Source: an uncultured Chloroflexia bacterium (GTDB taxonomy: Bacteria; Chloroflexota; Chloroflexia; QHBQ01; JADMIH01). Taken from it: a DNA stretch of 64,000 nt. The stretch covers positions 480,001-544,000 of the forward strand of contig CAWCNY010000003.1 of assembly GCA_963797095.1 (NCBI GenBank), in the 5' to 3' direction. Numbering within the stretch: position 1 is the stretch's first letter; every line of letters begins with the position of its first letter. This document shows positions 50,662 to 59,180 of this stretch, piece after piece. The translations under genes and the position numbers were made by a program. A model generated the notes under the pieces. The model did not search any database. It was given only the letters and a program-made list of their open reading frames with translations, and was not told the origin of the DNA.

Positions 50662-53016
50662 CTAGCCGCCCGAAGGCAATGAGAGGACCACCCGCGTGTA
50701 TTCGCCTGGCGCGCTCTCAACCGCCAGCGAGCCGCCCACTACCGCCATCATCGTGCTGTGCAGGGCGAGGCCATGCCCGCCGCCCGATCTGGCATCCTGA
50801 ACCGGGGATTGAGGTCCGTGACCGTTTGAGCCGTTGCGGACACTATTACGATCCGCCGACATGCCGATGCCGTCATCTTCCACCAGGATCTCAAGGCCGT
50901 TGCGCCACAGGATGGCTATTCTGAGGTGGAGAGGCTTATTAGAATCGGTGGGGCGAGCGTAGCGGGCCGCGTTGCGGATGGCCTCGCGGGCGGCATAGTA
51001 GATCACTTCGGCGGACAGTGGGGATATGTCGTTCGTGTGGGCTGCGACCTGCGGGTCCACCTGCCACCATACCCTGTCAAACGCTTCGGCCAATTCCTCG
51101 TCCACCGATTTACGGAGCGCGCCCGCCAGACCAAGCCTGCCGATCTCAGGCGCGGCGGTGGAGGGCATATCGCGCAGGAGGTCGGAGATCAGGTGGTGAG
51201 CGTCCGTGAGGTTGTGGATCGCGTCGATTTTGGATTTTGGATTTTGGATTTTGGATTGAGCATCGGTGGAACCGTTGGTATTGTCTGAGGCATGCTGCTC
51301 ATCAGATTGTGCACCGTCGGACATGAGGTCGATCAAGGCGGTGTGTAGGAGAGGGAGCACGTCGTCGTGAAGGACGCGGCGGGCGCGGCGGTCGAGCACC
51401 TGGCTCTCGGCGAGGCGCTGGCGCTGGAGGTGCATCAAGCGGCCCGCAAGCTGCGCGCTGGCCTGGGTGTCGATCAGGCGCTCGCCCGTGGCGCGTGCGA
51501 TCTCGATCTCCTCCTGAGCGAAGAGGCCACCATCCAGCTTGTCAGCCAACAACAGAACACCGATCAGGCCGCGCTCGCTCCAGAGGGGCACAGCCCAGGC
51601 TGTACCTCCCCACCGCAAGGGCTCGACGGGCAAGTACATGGTCTGGGTAGAATCGAGCTTGCCTGTGATCTCGGTAATAGGAGGCAGCTTGGCGGCCAGA
51701 TTGGTCGGATAAGCCAGGGGCGGACCGACCAGCGGGGATAGCGGGCCAATCGCTATCAAATAGGCCGCACGCACGCCCAGCACGTCATGGCATAGCGCGT
51801 AGAACGCCGAGTGCGGAATGCGGAGTGCGGAGTTGCCGGGCTGTGTACCTTCAGGTAGAGGTTTCGTGCTGTCTTCATCCTGGTCCGCGATCTCGGAGGT
51901 CCCGGAAAGTAGCTCGTCGAAGAGGCCCTGGCTGGTTACGAAGGGGCGCAGGCTGTCGATGTACCGCTCGCGCTCGGCGTAGGAGCGCCACGAAAAGAGC
52001 GCGAAAAAGATCGACATCAACACAGTTGTGAGTAGGAGACCGGCGGAACCCACCACGGGGTGCTCCTGGCGGGCCTCGCTCGCGCCCACAACCACGCTAT
52101 AGATGACCGCCAGCAAGAGGGCGCTACGCCATTGGCGAACGAAACCGCGCCGGGGCAACGTCTTGCCGGTGAATATCTCGTAGGCCACTATCGCCTGCCC
52201 CAGCAGCGTGATCGCGATGGCAACCAGCGAGGCGGTAAGGAGGTCGAACCAGTAGACCAGCGGCTCCATCTCGTCATAGAACTTGGCGATGGGCCTGTCG
52301 CGAGCGCCCAGCACCAGCCAGATGATGGCCCAGGCCACCATCACGCCCACCGCCACCAGCACGAATGAGGTAGCGGCCAGCCAGGGGCGGGCACGCCTGC
52401 GCGCAAGGTCGCCCATCACCCTGCCCGAAGGCCCCGGTCTCACAACCACATCCAGCGACAGCCCGATACACATGAGCGCGTAGATCGGATAGAACACCGC
52501 CAGCAGTTGCAGGCGGGTGAGGCCCACGCGGATCGGCTCGAATGAGAGTTGCACAAGCTCTGTGTAGCTCGGCAGCGGGTTGAAGAAGACGAATAGCACC
52601 ACCAGCCCCGCGAACATGAGAGTGGCAAGGTAAAAGAGGAGGCGGTGGCGGCGGCGCATGATGCCAGTTCGGTCCTCCCAGAAGCCGGAGTACCAGAGCA
52701 TCACCACATACCACGCGTAGGGAAGGGCCACCACAGGTAGCCAGCCCACCTGCCACCAGAAGTCCATACCGGCGCTCACGTCGCGCAGCCCATGGCCCAG
52801 CATAGCCGAGTGGGCCACGAAGAAAATGCCGCCCAGGAGAAGACCGCTACCCGCCAGCCACACCCCCCAGCGCCGCCTCTCGCTGTTCAAGAGCACCGTC
52901 AACCCAAGCCACAGGAGCACGATCACGTTGAAGAGCGACACGGCCATCGTGGCCCAGTCGAGCAAGAACCGGGGATTGAAGATGTCGCCTAGAAGATCGA
53001 AGATATCGTCGATCAT
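50662..53016 (-). CDS. Multi-TM sensor histidine kinase (HisKA_3-type)
   Basis: About 9 TM segments; RVLHDDVLP; REAIRNAARYA; EDDGIG; GHGLAL; TAATG coupling with the upstream gene. Confidence 0.85.
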   Translation of the reverse strand: MIDDIFDLLGDIFNPRFLLDWATMAVSLFNVIVLLWLGLTVLLNSERRRWGVWLAGSGLLLGGIFFVAHSAMLGHGLRDVSAGMDFWWQVGWLPVVALPYAWYVVMLWYSGFWEDRTGIMRRRHRLLFYLATLMFAGLVVLFVFFNPLPSYTELVQLSFEPIRVGLTRLQLLAVFYPIYALMCIGLSLDVVVRPGPSGRVMGDLARRRARPWLAATSFVLVAVGVMVAWAIIWLVLGARDRPIAKFYDEMEPLVYWFDLLTASLVAIAITLLGQAIVAYEIFTGKTLPRRGFVRQWRSALLLAVIYSVVVGASEARQEHPVVGSAGLLLTTVLMSIFFALFSWRSYAERERYIDSLRPFVTSQGLFDELLSGTSEIADQDEDSTKPLPEGTQPGNSALRIPHSAFYALCHDVLGVRAAYLIAIGPLSPLVGPPLAYPTNLAAKLPPITEITGKLDSTQTMYLPVEPLRWGGTAWAVPLWSERGLIGVLLLADKLDGGLFAQEEIEIARATGERLIDTQASAQLAGRLMHLQRQRLAESQVLDRRARRVLHDDVLPLLHTALIDLMSDGAQSDEQHASDNTNGSTDAQSKIQNPKSKIDAIHNLTDAHHLISDLLRDMPSTAAPEIGRLGLAGALRKSVDEELAEAFDRVWWQVDPQVAAHTNDISPLSAEVIYYAAREAIRNAARYARPTDSNKPLHLRIAILWRNGLEILVEDDGIGMSADRNSVRNGSNGHGPQSPVQDARSGGGHGLALHSTMMAVVGGSLAVESAPGEYTRVVLSLPSGG

Positions 53017-53754
53017 TACTCCCAGGGGATCCACTCGCCGCGCTCATTCAGAACGCTGGCGCATCCATCCTCGTCCCACCTCACGATGCGCCCCGCCCGC
53101 ATGATGATGGCAGCGCGCGTGCGGGCCACCTTCTCGTCGGTGGTGGTGTCGTTGAGGCCCCAAGCGCAGTATATCTGGCCGTTGGTGCGGCTGATGGTGC
53201 GCTTATCCTTGAAGCCCATACGTCCCGCGATCTGCTCGTTGGTCATGCCTGCCGCCAGCATACGCGCCACCGCCTGCTCGTTCGGCTCAAGCACCGACAT
53301 AGGAGATTGCTCGTCTTTGTGCCGCACTTCCTGCACACGCGAACTCGATCTCCGGGTCGATGAAGCTGTGGCCCGCCACCGCATCGCGCACAAGTGGCAC
53401 GATCATGGAAGGCAGTAGATAGTTGGACTTGCGCACATAGGCGTAGTGGCTCAGGATGCCCGACCGCCGGAAATCGCGGAAGTAGGCATCGTCGTCCTGG
53501 ATGGAGTAGAAGACCACCGGCAGGCGAGGGAACTCACGCCGGATAGCGACCGCCGCCTCGATGCCGTTCATCTGCCCCTCAAGGCGCACGTCCATCAGGA
53601 CCGCGTCAGGCTTGCGGCCTTTCAAGCAGTAGGCCAATGCGTTCTCGCCACTCGCACAGTCGTGTACGACCCTCACCTCGCCGGTGGCGGCCATGCCCTC
53701 GCGCATAGCGGGGCGAAGCTTGTCATTATCTTCAACCAGCAGCAGATCGATCAT
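53016..53754 (-). pseudogene. Response regulator (REC plus atypical LuxR-like HTH), +1 frameshift near 53342 (possibly a sequencing artefact)
   Basis: LLVEDN, DAVLMDV; removing one base from CGAGTTCG restores IDPEIESRVQEVR...MTNEQIA. Confidence 0.8.
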
Positions 53755-53765
53755 ATACTCTCAAA

Positions 53766-53865
53766 ATAATACGCGAGACGAGATAACTTTATAATACGCG
53801 AGACGAGATAACTTTATAATACGCGAGACGAGATAACTTTATAATACGCGAGACGAGACAACTTT
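53766..53865. repeat. Tandem repeat, 4 x 25 bp ATAATACGCGAGACGAGATAACTTT
   Basis: Three identical copies and a fourth with one substitution; no spacers. Confidence 0.95.
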
Positions 53866-54017
53866 CGGCAAGAATATTCGGCGCACCCTCTATATGAGCG
53901 TATCACCAGCAGCAAGGGGTGTCAAGCACCCAGGTGTGACATGCAGGCGCTTCGGAAGGTCGCAATGAGCTAACCGCGACGGTATTATGGCAAAAGAGAT
54001 ACTGTCGGGAGGGCGCT

Positions 54018-54689
54018 ATGGAACCTGGAACCGGGGTCGGCCTGTTGCTGATAGGGGTAACTGTCCTGGGCACAATCGTGATGCTCGTCGCTATTGTGGT
54101 CGCTAGCAAGAGTGGCAGACGCAGCATAGCGTTGGGGCTGTCCACCGGGCTTCTCATCTGGCTCGTTACTTACGGGATCGTGCTGGTGGGAACCTCTCTC
54201 GCCAGCCGGGAGCAGACCCTCACCGCAGGCCAACAGAAGTATTTCTGCGGATTCTATCTGGATTGTCACATGTCGGTGGCCGTAATAAACGTGCAGCAAG
54301 CGAAGATGCTGGGGAGCGGCGCAACACAGGCAGCAGCCCAGGGTAATTTCTACATCGTCACCGTGAAGGTAGGAAACGGCGCCAAACGTGAAACGATATG
54401 GCTGAACGAGCCGAAAGCCGTGGTGGTAGACAGCACCGGACGAGAATATGGCCCATCGGCTGCGGGACTTGTCGCGCTGGGAGTTGAGAGCAATATGGGC
54501 GAGAAGGTAACGGCAGGCTCCTCATACACAACCACGCTGGTGTTCGATCTCCCCATGGATGTGCAGAACCCACGCCTCGACGTAACCGAGGGCGTGTGGA
54601 TCGACCACGCAGTCGAATTCTTCATGATCGGCGATGAAGACAGCGCCCTGCACAAGCGCACGCTGCTTGGTCTCAAGTCCACTAACTAA
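54018..54689 (+). CDS. Membrane-anchored protein with a DUF4352-like Ig domain
   Basis: Two TM helices, FCGFYLDCH, FYIVTVKV.N, VVDSTGREY, LVFDLP. Confidence 0.65.
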   Translation: MEPGTGVGLLLIGVTVLGTIVMLVAIVVASKSGRRSIALGLSTGLLIWLVTYGIVLVGTSLASREQTLTAGQQKYFCGFYLDCHMSVAVINVQQAKMLGSGATQAAAQGNFYIVTVKVGNGAKRETIWLNEPKAVVVDSTGREYGPSAAGLVALGVESNMGEKVTAGSSYTTTLVFDLPMDVQNPRLDVTEGVWIDHAVEFFMIGDEDSALHKRTLLGLKSTN

Positions 54690-54772
54690 GCGAGTTGCTT
54701 AGCAGGTAACAGCTCACAACTCCGACCTCATCTTCAAAATAGGCCTAAAGTACTATTTGCATTCCATCTATC

Positions 54773-54817
54773 GTTCGTATATCATCGAACCACATGTTAG
54801 TTCGTTATATGACGAAC
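54773..54817. promoter_or_regulatory. Two tandem 18-bp GTTCG-N8-CGAAC palindromes, probable ArsR operators
   Basis: GTTCGTATATCATCGAAC (54773-54790) and GTTCGTTATATGACGAAC (54800-54817), directly before the start codon. Confidence 0.65.
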
Positions 54818-54822
54818 AAGGA

Positions 54823-55767
54823 ATGCCAATGCAAGTACAGATAGAATCCGGGGCATCCTACGAGCTATTGATGAGCCTCTACGCGTTTGTCCATCGGAAA
54901 GATCAAAGAACTCTTGATATCGGTGCCTCGTGGGCCTCGCAGGTGGAAGCCCAACTGGGAGCAGACTTCGCTGACAACCTGAACGACTCTGAGTACGCAA
55001 AGTCGGCATGGCTGCTGGAAGTCCTGGTGTGGCGGTGCCCCATGGATCGCGATGTTGCCCCATTCCTGCGCTGGATGGGCGCCCTTTCGCTGGGCGAAAT
55101 GTACGAGCTAATTATGCCCTACATAGGCGAGGGCACCCGCTCACTCCCACCAAACCTTGTAGAGATAAGAGATAAATGCCTTCAACTCCTCAACAGGTGG
55201 AATGACCTCTACTTCAGCACCATCGATCCAGGCATCTTGCCTGGCCTTGCCGCCGATGCCGAGCAGAAGAAGGCGTTGCTGGAAAAGCTCTCCCCTTACG
55301 AGGTTGTGGAGGTGGCAACCGAGGGTGTAGTGCTGGAGCCTAGCCCATCTCGCAAGCTCGTGGTGCTGGTGCCGCAATCCCACAATCGCCCCTGGAACAT
55401 CAACTCGGACCTGCAAGGTGTGAAGCTGCTATTCTACCCTGCTGATGTCCTACCCACCCATCCAGGCGAGCCTCCCGCCTCCCTGCTCCGGTTGACGCGA
55501 GCATTGGCCGACGAGAGTCGCCTTCGCATCCTCCGCCACCTCTCGGACGAGCGCCGTTCCTTCACCGACCTTGTGCGCCACACGAGGCTTGCCAAGAGCA
55601 CTGTACACCAGCACATAGTCCTGTTGCGCGCGGCGGGGCTGGTGCGCACATACGAAGCCCCCGACGGCTCACGCGACTACGGCCTCCGGGCCAGTGCCGC
55701 CGACAGGCTCGGTGAGCAGTTGAATGCCTACTTCACCGGTGGTCGCGAAACGAGAGGCCAAGATTGA
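54823..55767 (+). CDS. ArsR-family regulator with a long N-terminal domain
   Basis: C-terminal RALADESRLRIL...LAKSTVHQH..LRAAGLV. Confidence 0.85.
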   Translation: MPMQVQIESGASYELLMSLYAFVHRKDQRTLDIGASWASQVEAQLGADFADNLNDSEYAKSAWLLEVLVWRCPMDRDVAPFLRWMGALSLGEMYELIMPYIGEGTRSLPPNLVEIRDKCLQLLNRWNDLYFSTIDPGILPGLAADAEQKKALLEKLSPYEVVEVATEGVVLEPSPSRKLVVLVPQSHNRPWNINSDLQGVKLLFYPADVLPTHPGEPPASLLRLTRALADESRLRILRHLSDERRSFTDLVRHTRLAKSTVHQHIVLLRAAGLVRTYEAPDGSRDYGLRASAADRLGEQLNAYFTGGRETRGQD

Positions 55768-57161
55768 GCGCCGTCGAAAATTACCATCCGCCGCCCAACG
55801 GCTTCCGCACATTCGTCATTGTCTGGGCAACCCAGTCTGTCTCCTTGTTCGGGAACGGCATCAGCTTCTTCGCCACCATAATCTGGCTGACGCAGGTGCA
55901 ATACCCCCACCCCGACCAGAAGGTGCAGTTGGGGTTTGCGATCTCGCTCATCAGCCTGTGCGCCGCCATCCCGGTCATATTCGGCGCTCCGCTGGCGGGG
56001 GCGTGGGCCGACCGCCACGACCGCAGGCGCACCATGATCGTCGCCAACCTGGCAAGCGGCGGAGTAAGCCTCCTCATCGGCATCTTCATGTTCACACACC
56101 TGCTCGACCTCTGGATCCTGGCGATCCTCACCATCGTCACCTCCATATCCGGCTCGTTCCATGCCGCATCTTTCGATACGTCATACGCCATGCTCGTCCC
56201 TGAGGCAAAGCTGCCTCGCGCCAACGGCATGATGCAGACCATCTATCCGCTCTCCTCCATCCTGTCCCCCTCGATAGCCGCCGCCCTGATCTCCCTGCCC
56301 GACCTGGCAAAGCAAGGCGGCATCGGCGGCTTGCCGGGCGATTGGCTGCGCACCCTCACAGACGGCACCCCGCTGGCTCTCACCGCCGATGCCGCTACCT
56401 TCGCCCTTATGGCGGTCGTGCTCCTCTTTCTGCACATACCATCTCCGCAGCGCACCGACCTCTACAGCAGCACCGGCAAGCGCAAAAGCATCTGGGCCGA
56501 CGTGCGCGAGGGCGCTACCTACATACTGCACCGCCGTCCGCTGATCTGGCTGTTAGCCACCTTCGCCGTTGCCAACCTCGCCAACTCCGGCATGGGCGTC
56601 TTTATCCCCCTGATGGCAAAGTTCAACCTGGCCGCCGACTGGTCGGCCCACGGCTTCACCTATGAGACCGCTCTGGCCCTCCTGGGTGCCGCCGCAGGCG
56701 CGGGCGAGCTATTGGGAGGGATCTTCATGAGCCTGTGGGGCGGCCTGAAGAAGCGCCGCGTCTATGGCGTGCTCGTATCGATGATCGTGATGGGCTTCGC
56801 GCAGGTGGCGTTCGGCCTCTCCTCAATGATCTATCTCACCGCAGCGACCCAGTTCATACTCCTGTCCACCTACCCGGTCATGGGCGCGCATTCGCAGGCC
56901 ATTTGGCAGAGCCAGACACCCCGTGTCCTTCAAGGGCGTGTATTTTCGGTGCGCAGGCTGATCGCCCAGTTCACGCGCCCCCTCAGCACAATGATCGCCG
57001 GAATTGCGGGCGGTCTGTTCAACCCCGGTATCGTCATGGCGACGCTTGGACTTATCCTCGCCGTCTTCTGCGTCTCTCAACTATTCAACCCCACTCTGAC
57101 AGCTTTGGAGTTAACTCCGACCCCAGAAGGGGCGAGCACCCTGCAAAGGGAAACATCCTGA
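55764..57161 (+). CDS. MFS transporter (macrolide-efflux/DHA3-like)
   Basis: WATQSVSLFG, AGAWADRHDRRRTMI motif A, RANG, QGRVFSVRR. Confidence 0.88.
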   Translation: MSAVENYHPPPNGFRTFVIVWATQSVSLFGNGISFFATIIWLTQVQYPHPDQKVQLGFAISLISLCAAIPVIFGAPLAGAWADRHDRRRTMIVANLASGGVSLLIGIFMFTHLLDLWILAILTIVTSISGSFHAASFDTSYAMLVPEAKLPRANGMMQTIYPLSSILSPSIAAALISLPDLAKQGGIGGLPGDWLRTLTDGTPLALTADAATFALMAVVLLFLHIPSPQRTDLYSSTGKRKSIWADVREGATYILHRRPLIWLLATFAVANLANSGMGVFIPLMAKFNLAADWSAHGFTYETALALLGAAAGAGELLGGIFMSLWGGLKKRRVYGVLVSMIVMGFAQVAFGLSSMIYLTAATQFILLSTYPVMGAHSQAIWQSQTPRVLQGRVFSVRRLIAQFTRPLSTMIAGIAGGLFNPGIVMATLGLILAVFCVSQLFNPTLTALELTPTPEGASTLQRETS

Positions 57162-57302
57162 GTGCAGTCTTAAGCACCCAGGTGTGTCCGCCGCCGGCTT
57201 CAGGTGTGAATTGATCCCACCTCAAAGGGTCGTGTGAGTGAGGAAGGAGCTATACAATGCTGCCAGGCTACCTGCCAACTTTGAGAGGGGAGGCAACATG
57301 AT

Positions 57303-58010
57303 ATGGGATGGCTTGAGCACTTCGAGCAGAACGCTACTGACCGCGAAGAGATTCCATGGGATCTGGGGATTCACGTTGAGCCGTACTTGCGCGTGCCATT
57401 GATAAGGTCGCTGCAAAGGTTTCAGGTGGGCGAACAAGGGGACGGCAAGCACCTGATCCGGGCGGCGCGGTCGACCGGTGATCCCATCTATGCGCGCACG
57501 ATTGAGCTATTCATTCAAGAGGAGCAGGGACACTCACGGCTGCTGGCCTCGCTGCTGGTGGGGATGGGCGCTTCTCTGCTGGAGTGGCACTGGAGCGACT
57601 TTGTTTTCGTGCAGGTACGGCGATTATGCGGGCTAAAGCTGGAGCTAATTGTACTGCTGTCCGCCGAAATGATAGCCAAGCGATACTACCGCGCTCTGTA
57701 TGAGGGTACGGGCGACCCTGTGTTGCGTGCGGCGTTTGGCCGGATATTGAGGCACGAGTTGGGCCACGTGGCGTTCCACACCGAATTTCTGCGGCACGCT
57801 TTCGGCGATATGCCCGCACTGGTGCGCCAGATTGCGCGCCTGGGGTGGCGCGTGTTCTTCGGAGTGGCATGCCGGGTGGTGGCGCACGATCACCGAGGAG
57901 TATTGAACTCCACGGGCGTAGAGCGCGGCGAATTTTTCCGCGACTGCCACCGGATATTCAAAGAGACATCGAGCGAAATATTCGATGCGAAAATGGCTAT
58001 GGCTGTTTAG
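57303..58010 (+). CDS. Ferritin-like domain protein
   Basis: FQVGE, FIQEEQGH, AE..AKRYY, ILRHELGHVAF diiron-type spacing. Confidence 0.75.
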   Translation: MGWLEHFEQNATDREEIPWDLGIHVEPYLRVPLIRSLQRFQVGEQGDGKHLIRAARSTGDPIYARTIELFIQEEQGHSRLLASLLVGMGASLLEWHWSDFVFVQVRRLCGLKLELIVLLSAEMIAKRYYRALYEGTGDPVLRAAFGRILRHELGHVAFHTEFLRHAFGDMPALVRQIARLGWRVFFGVACRVVAHDHRGVLNSTGVERGEFFRDCHRIFKETSSEIFDAKMAMAV

Positions 58011-58097
58011 AACGCTTAACAAAACGTCGTTTCCAGATAGCTCCAACGGATGAAGGCGCAGCCAGGTCGAGTGTACATCAGCCGCTTTGGCATACAA

Positions 58098-58450
58098 CTA
58101 TTCACTGAGTGTGCGCAACCTGCCACGCACCTCCATCAGGATCTTGCCAAGCATATTCTTACCCGTGCCGTTGGTGCCGCACCCCAATAATAATCATCGC
58201 TCGTCTTCTCGATCAACTCTTCATCGCCGGTACTCAACAGGAGATCGCCTATATCGGTGTGCGACTCGAACTTGCGAAGAACCGCCCTGCGCATAACATC
58301 GTCCTTAACCTCATCCCAATCGGGGCGCATTGGTCGGACGCGGCTCCTGCCCGTGCGGGCAGCTACCATAGGCGGAGCAACCGACCTGATCTCATCGACG
58401 TGAGAGGTGCCAGCGAACTTTCGAGCCTGAAAGTAAAAGTAGATCGGCAT
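58098..58450 (-). pseudogene. NADAR (YbiA-like) pseudogene
   Basis: YFQARKF, RPDWDEVK..VM, LLLSTG, DYYWG, then G.GKNMLGKILMEVR in a shifted frame (1-bp loss near 58183); the N-terminal FSNF...EH segment is missing. Confidence 0.8.
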
Positions 58451-58451
58451 G

Positions 58452-59066
58452 CTATTGCTGTGGAGGTCTCTCAGGTATGGAGGCGAACCAGCGGTTGGCC
58501 TCACGCGCCGAGCGTAACCTGATTTTGGTCACGTGGGAGTATTGAGGGTCGCCGAAGAGGACGGGATATTCCCTGCGCCGCCTCTTGTAGGTGGTCAGCA
58601 CCCACCAGTACATGCTATCTCTGGTGAAGAAGTGAGTGCGCAGGCTCTCTTTGTTGCCGTGCCAGATCTCCTCGTTGAGAATAGCGCGGCTAAAGGTCCT
58701 GCGGGTGAGCCGCCATAGGATCAGCGGTAGCGAGAAGTCGAGCCAAACCACCGTGTCGGCACGGGACCACACTATATCGCGCACCCGGCTGTAGTTGCCG
58801 TCAACAGTCCAGCTATCACTACCATCCAGCCGATTGAGGGTACGCTCTCGAAAGACCTCGTCCGGCTCCTCGGTCCAGTTTGGGCCCCAGTGCAAGGCAT
58901 CCAACTCGATATGAGGTACGTGAAGACGCTCGGCCAGCCTGCGAGCCATAGTGGTCTTGCCTGAGCCTGAGGTGCCTACTACCACGATCTTCCGGCCGGG
59001 TGGCGACCATTTACCCGCAGATTTGCGCGAGAGATCTCGCGTATTATGTAAAGTCGTGAATTGCAT
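58452..59066 (-). CDS. Adenylate-kinase-like P-loop protein (FlaR/topology-modulation family)
   Basis: GTSGSGKTT, ELDALHW.PNW, WTVDGNY, ADTVVWLD. Confidence 0.85.
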   Translation of the reverse strand: MQFTTLHNTRDLSRKSAGKWSPPGRKIVVVGTSGSGKTTMARRLAERLHVPHIELDALHWGPNWTEEPDEVFRERTLNRLDGSDSWTVDGNYSRVRDIVWSRADTVVWLDFSLPLILWRLTRRTFSRAILNEEIWHGNKESLRTHFFTRDSMYWWVLTTYKRRRREYPVLFGDPQYSHVTKIRLRSAREANRWFASIPERPPQQ

Positions 59067-59180
59067 GGCTGGTGTGCAAGTACGTTGCAAAAAGTCGGAT
59101 TACCGGAAGGCAAGAGTAGAGGCAGCGGCCCCGAAGAACGGTAGCCCGCTGCCTCCTATGGTCTGTATCAGGTCCGATAA

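Noticed and set aside
53766-53865. CRISPR array
   Set aside because: Repeats are head-to-tail with no spacers, and there are no cas genes
54773-54817. LexA box
   Set aside because: Half-site orientation and spacing do not fit GAAC-N4-GTTC
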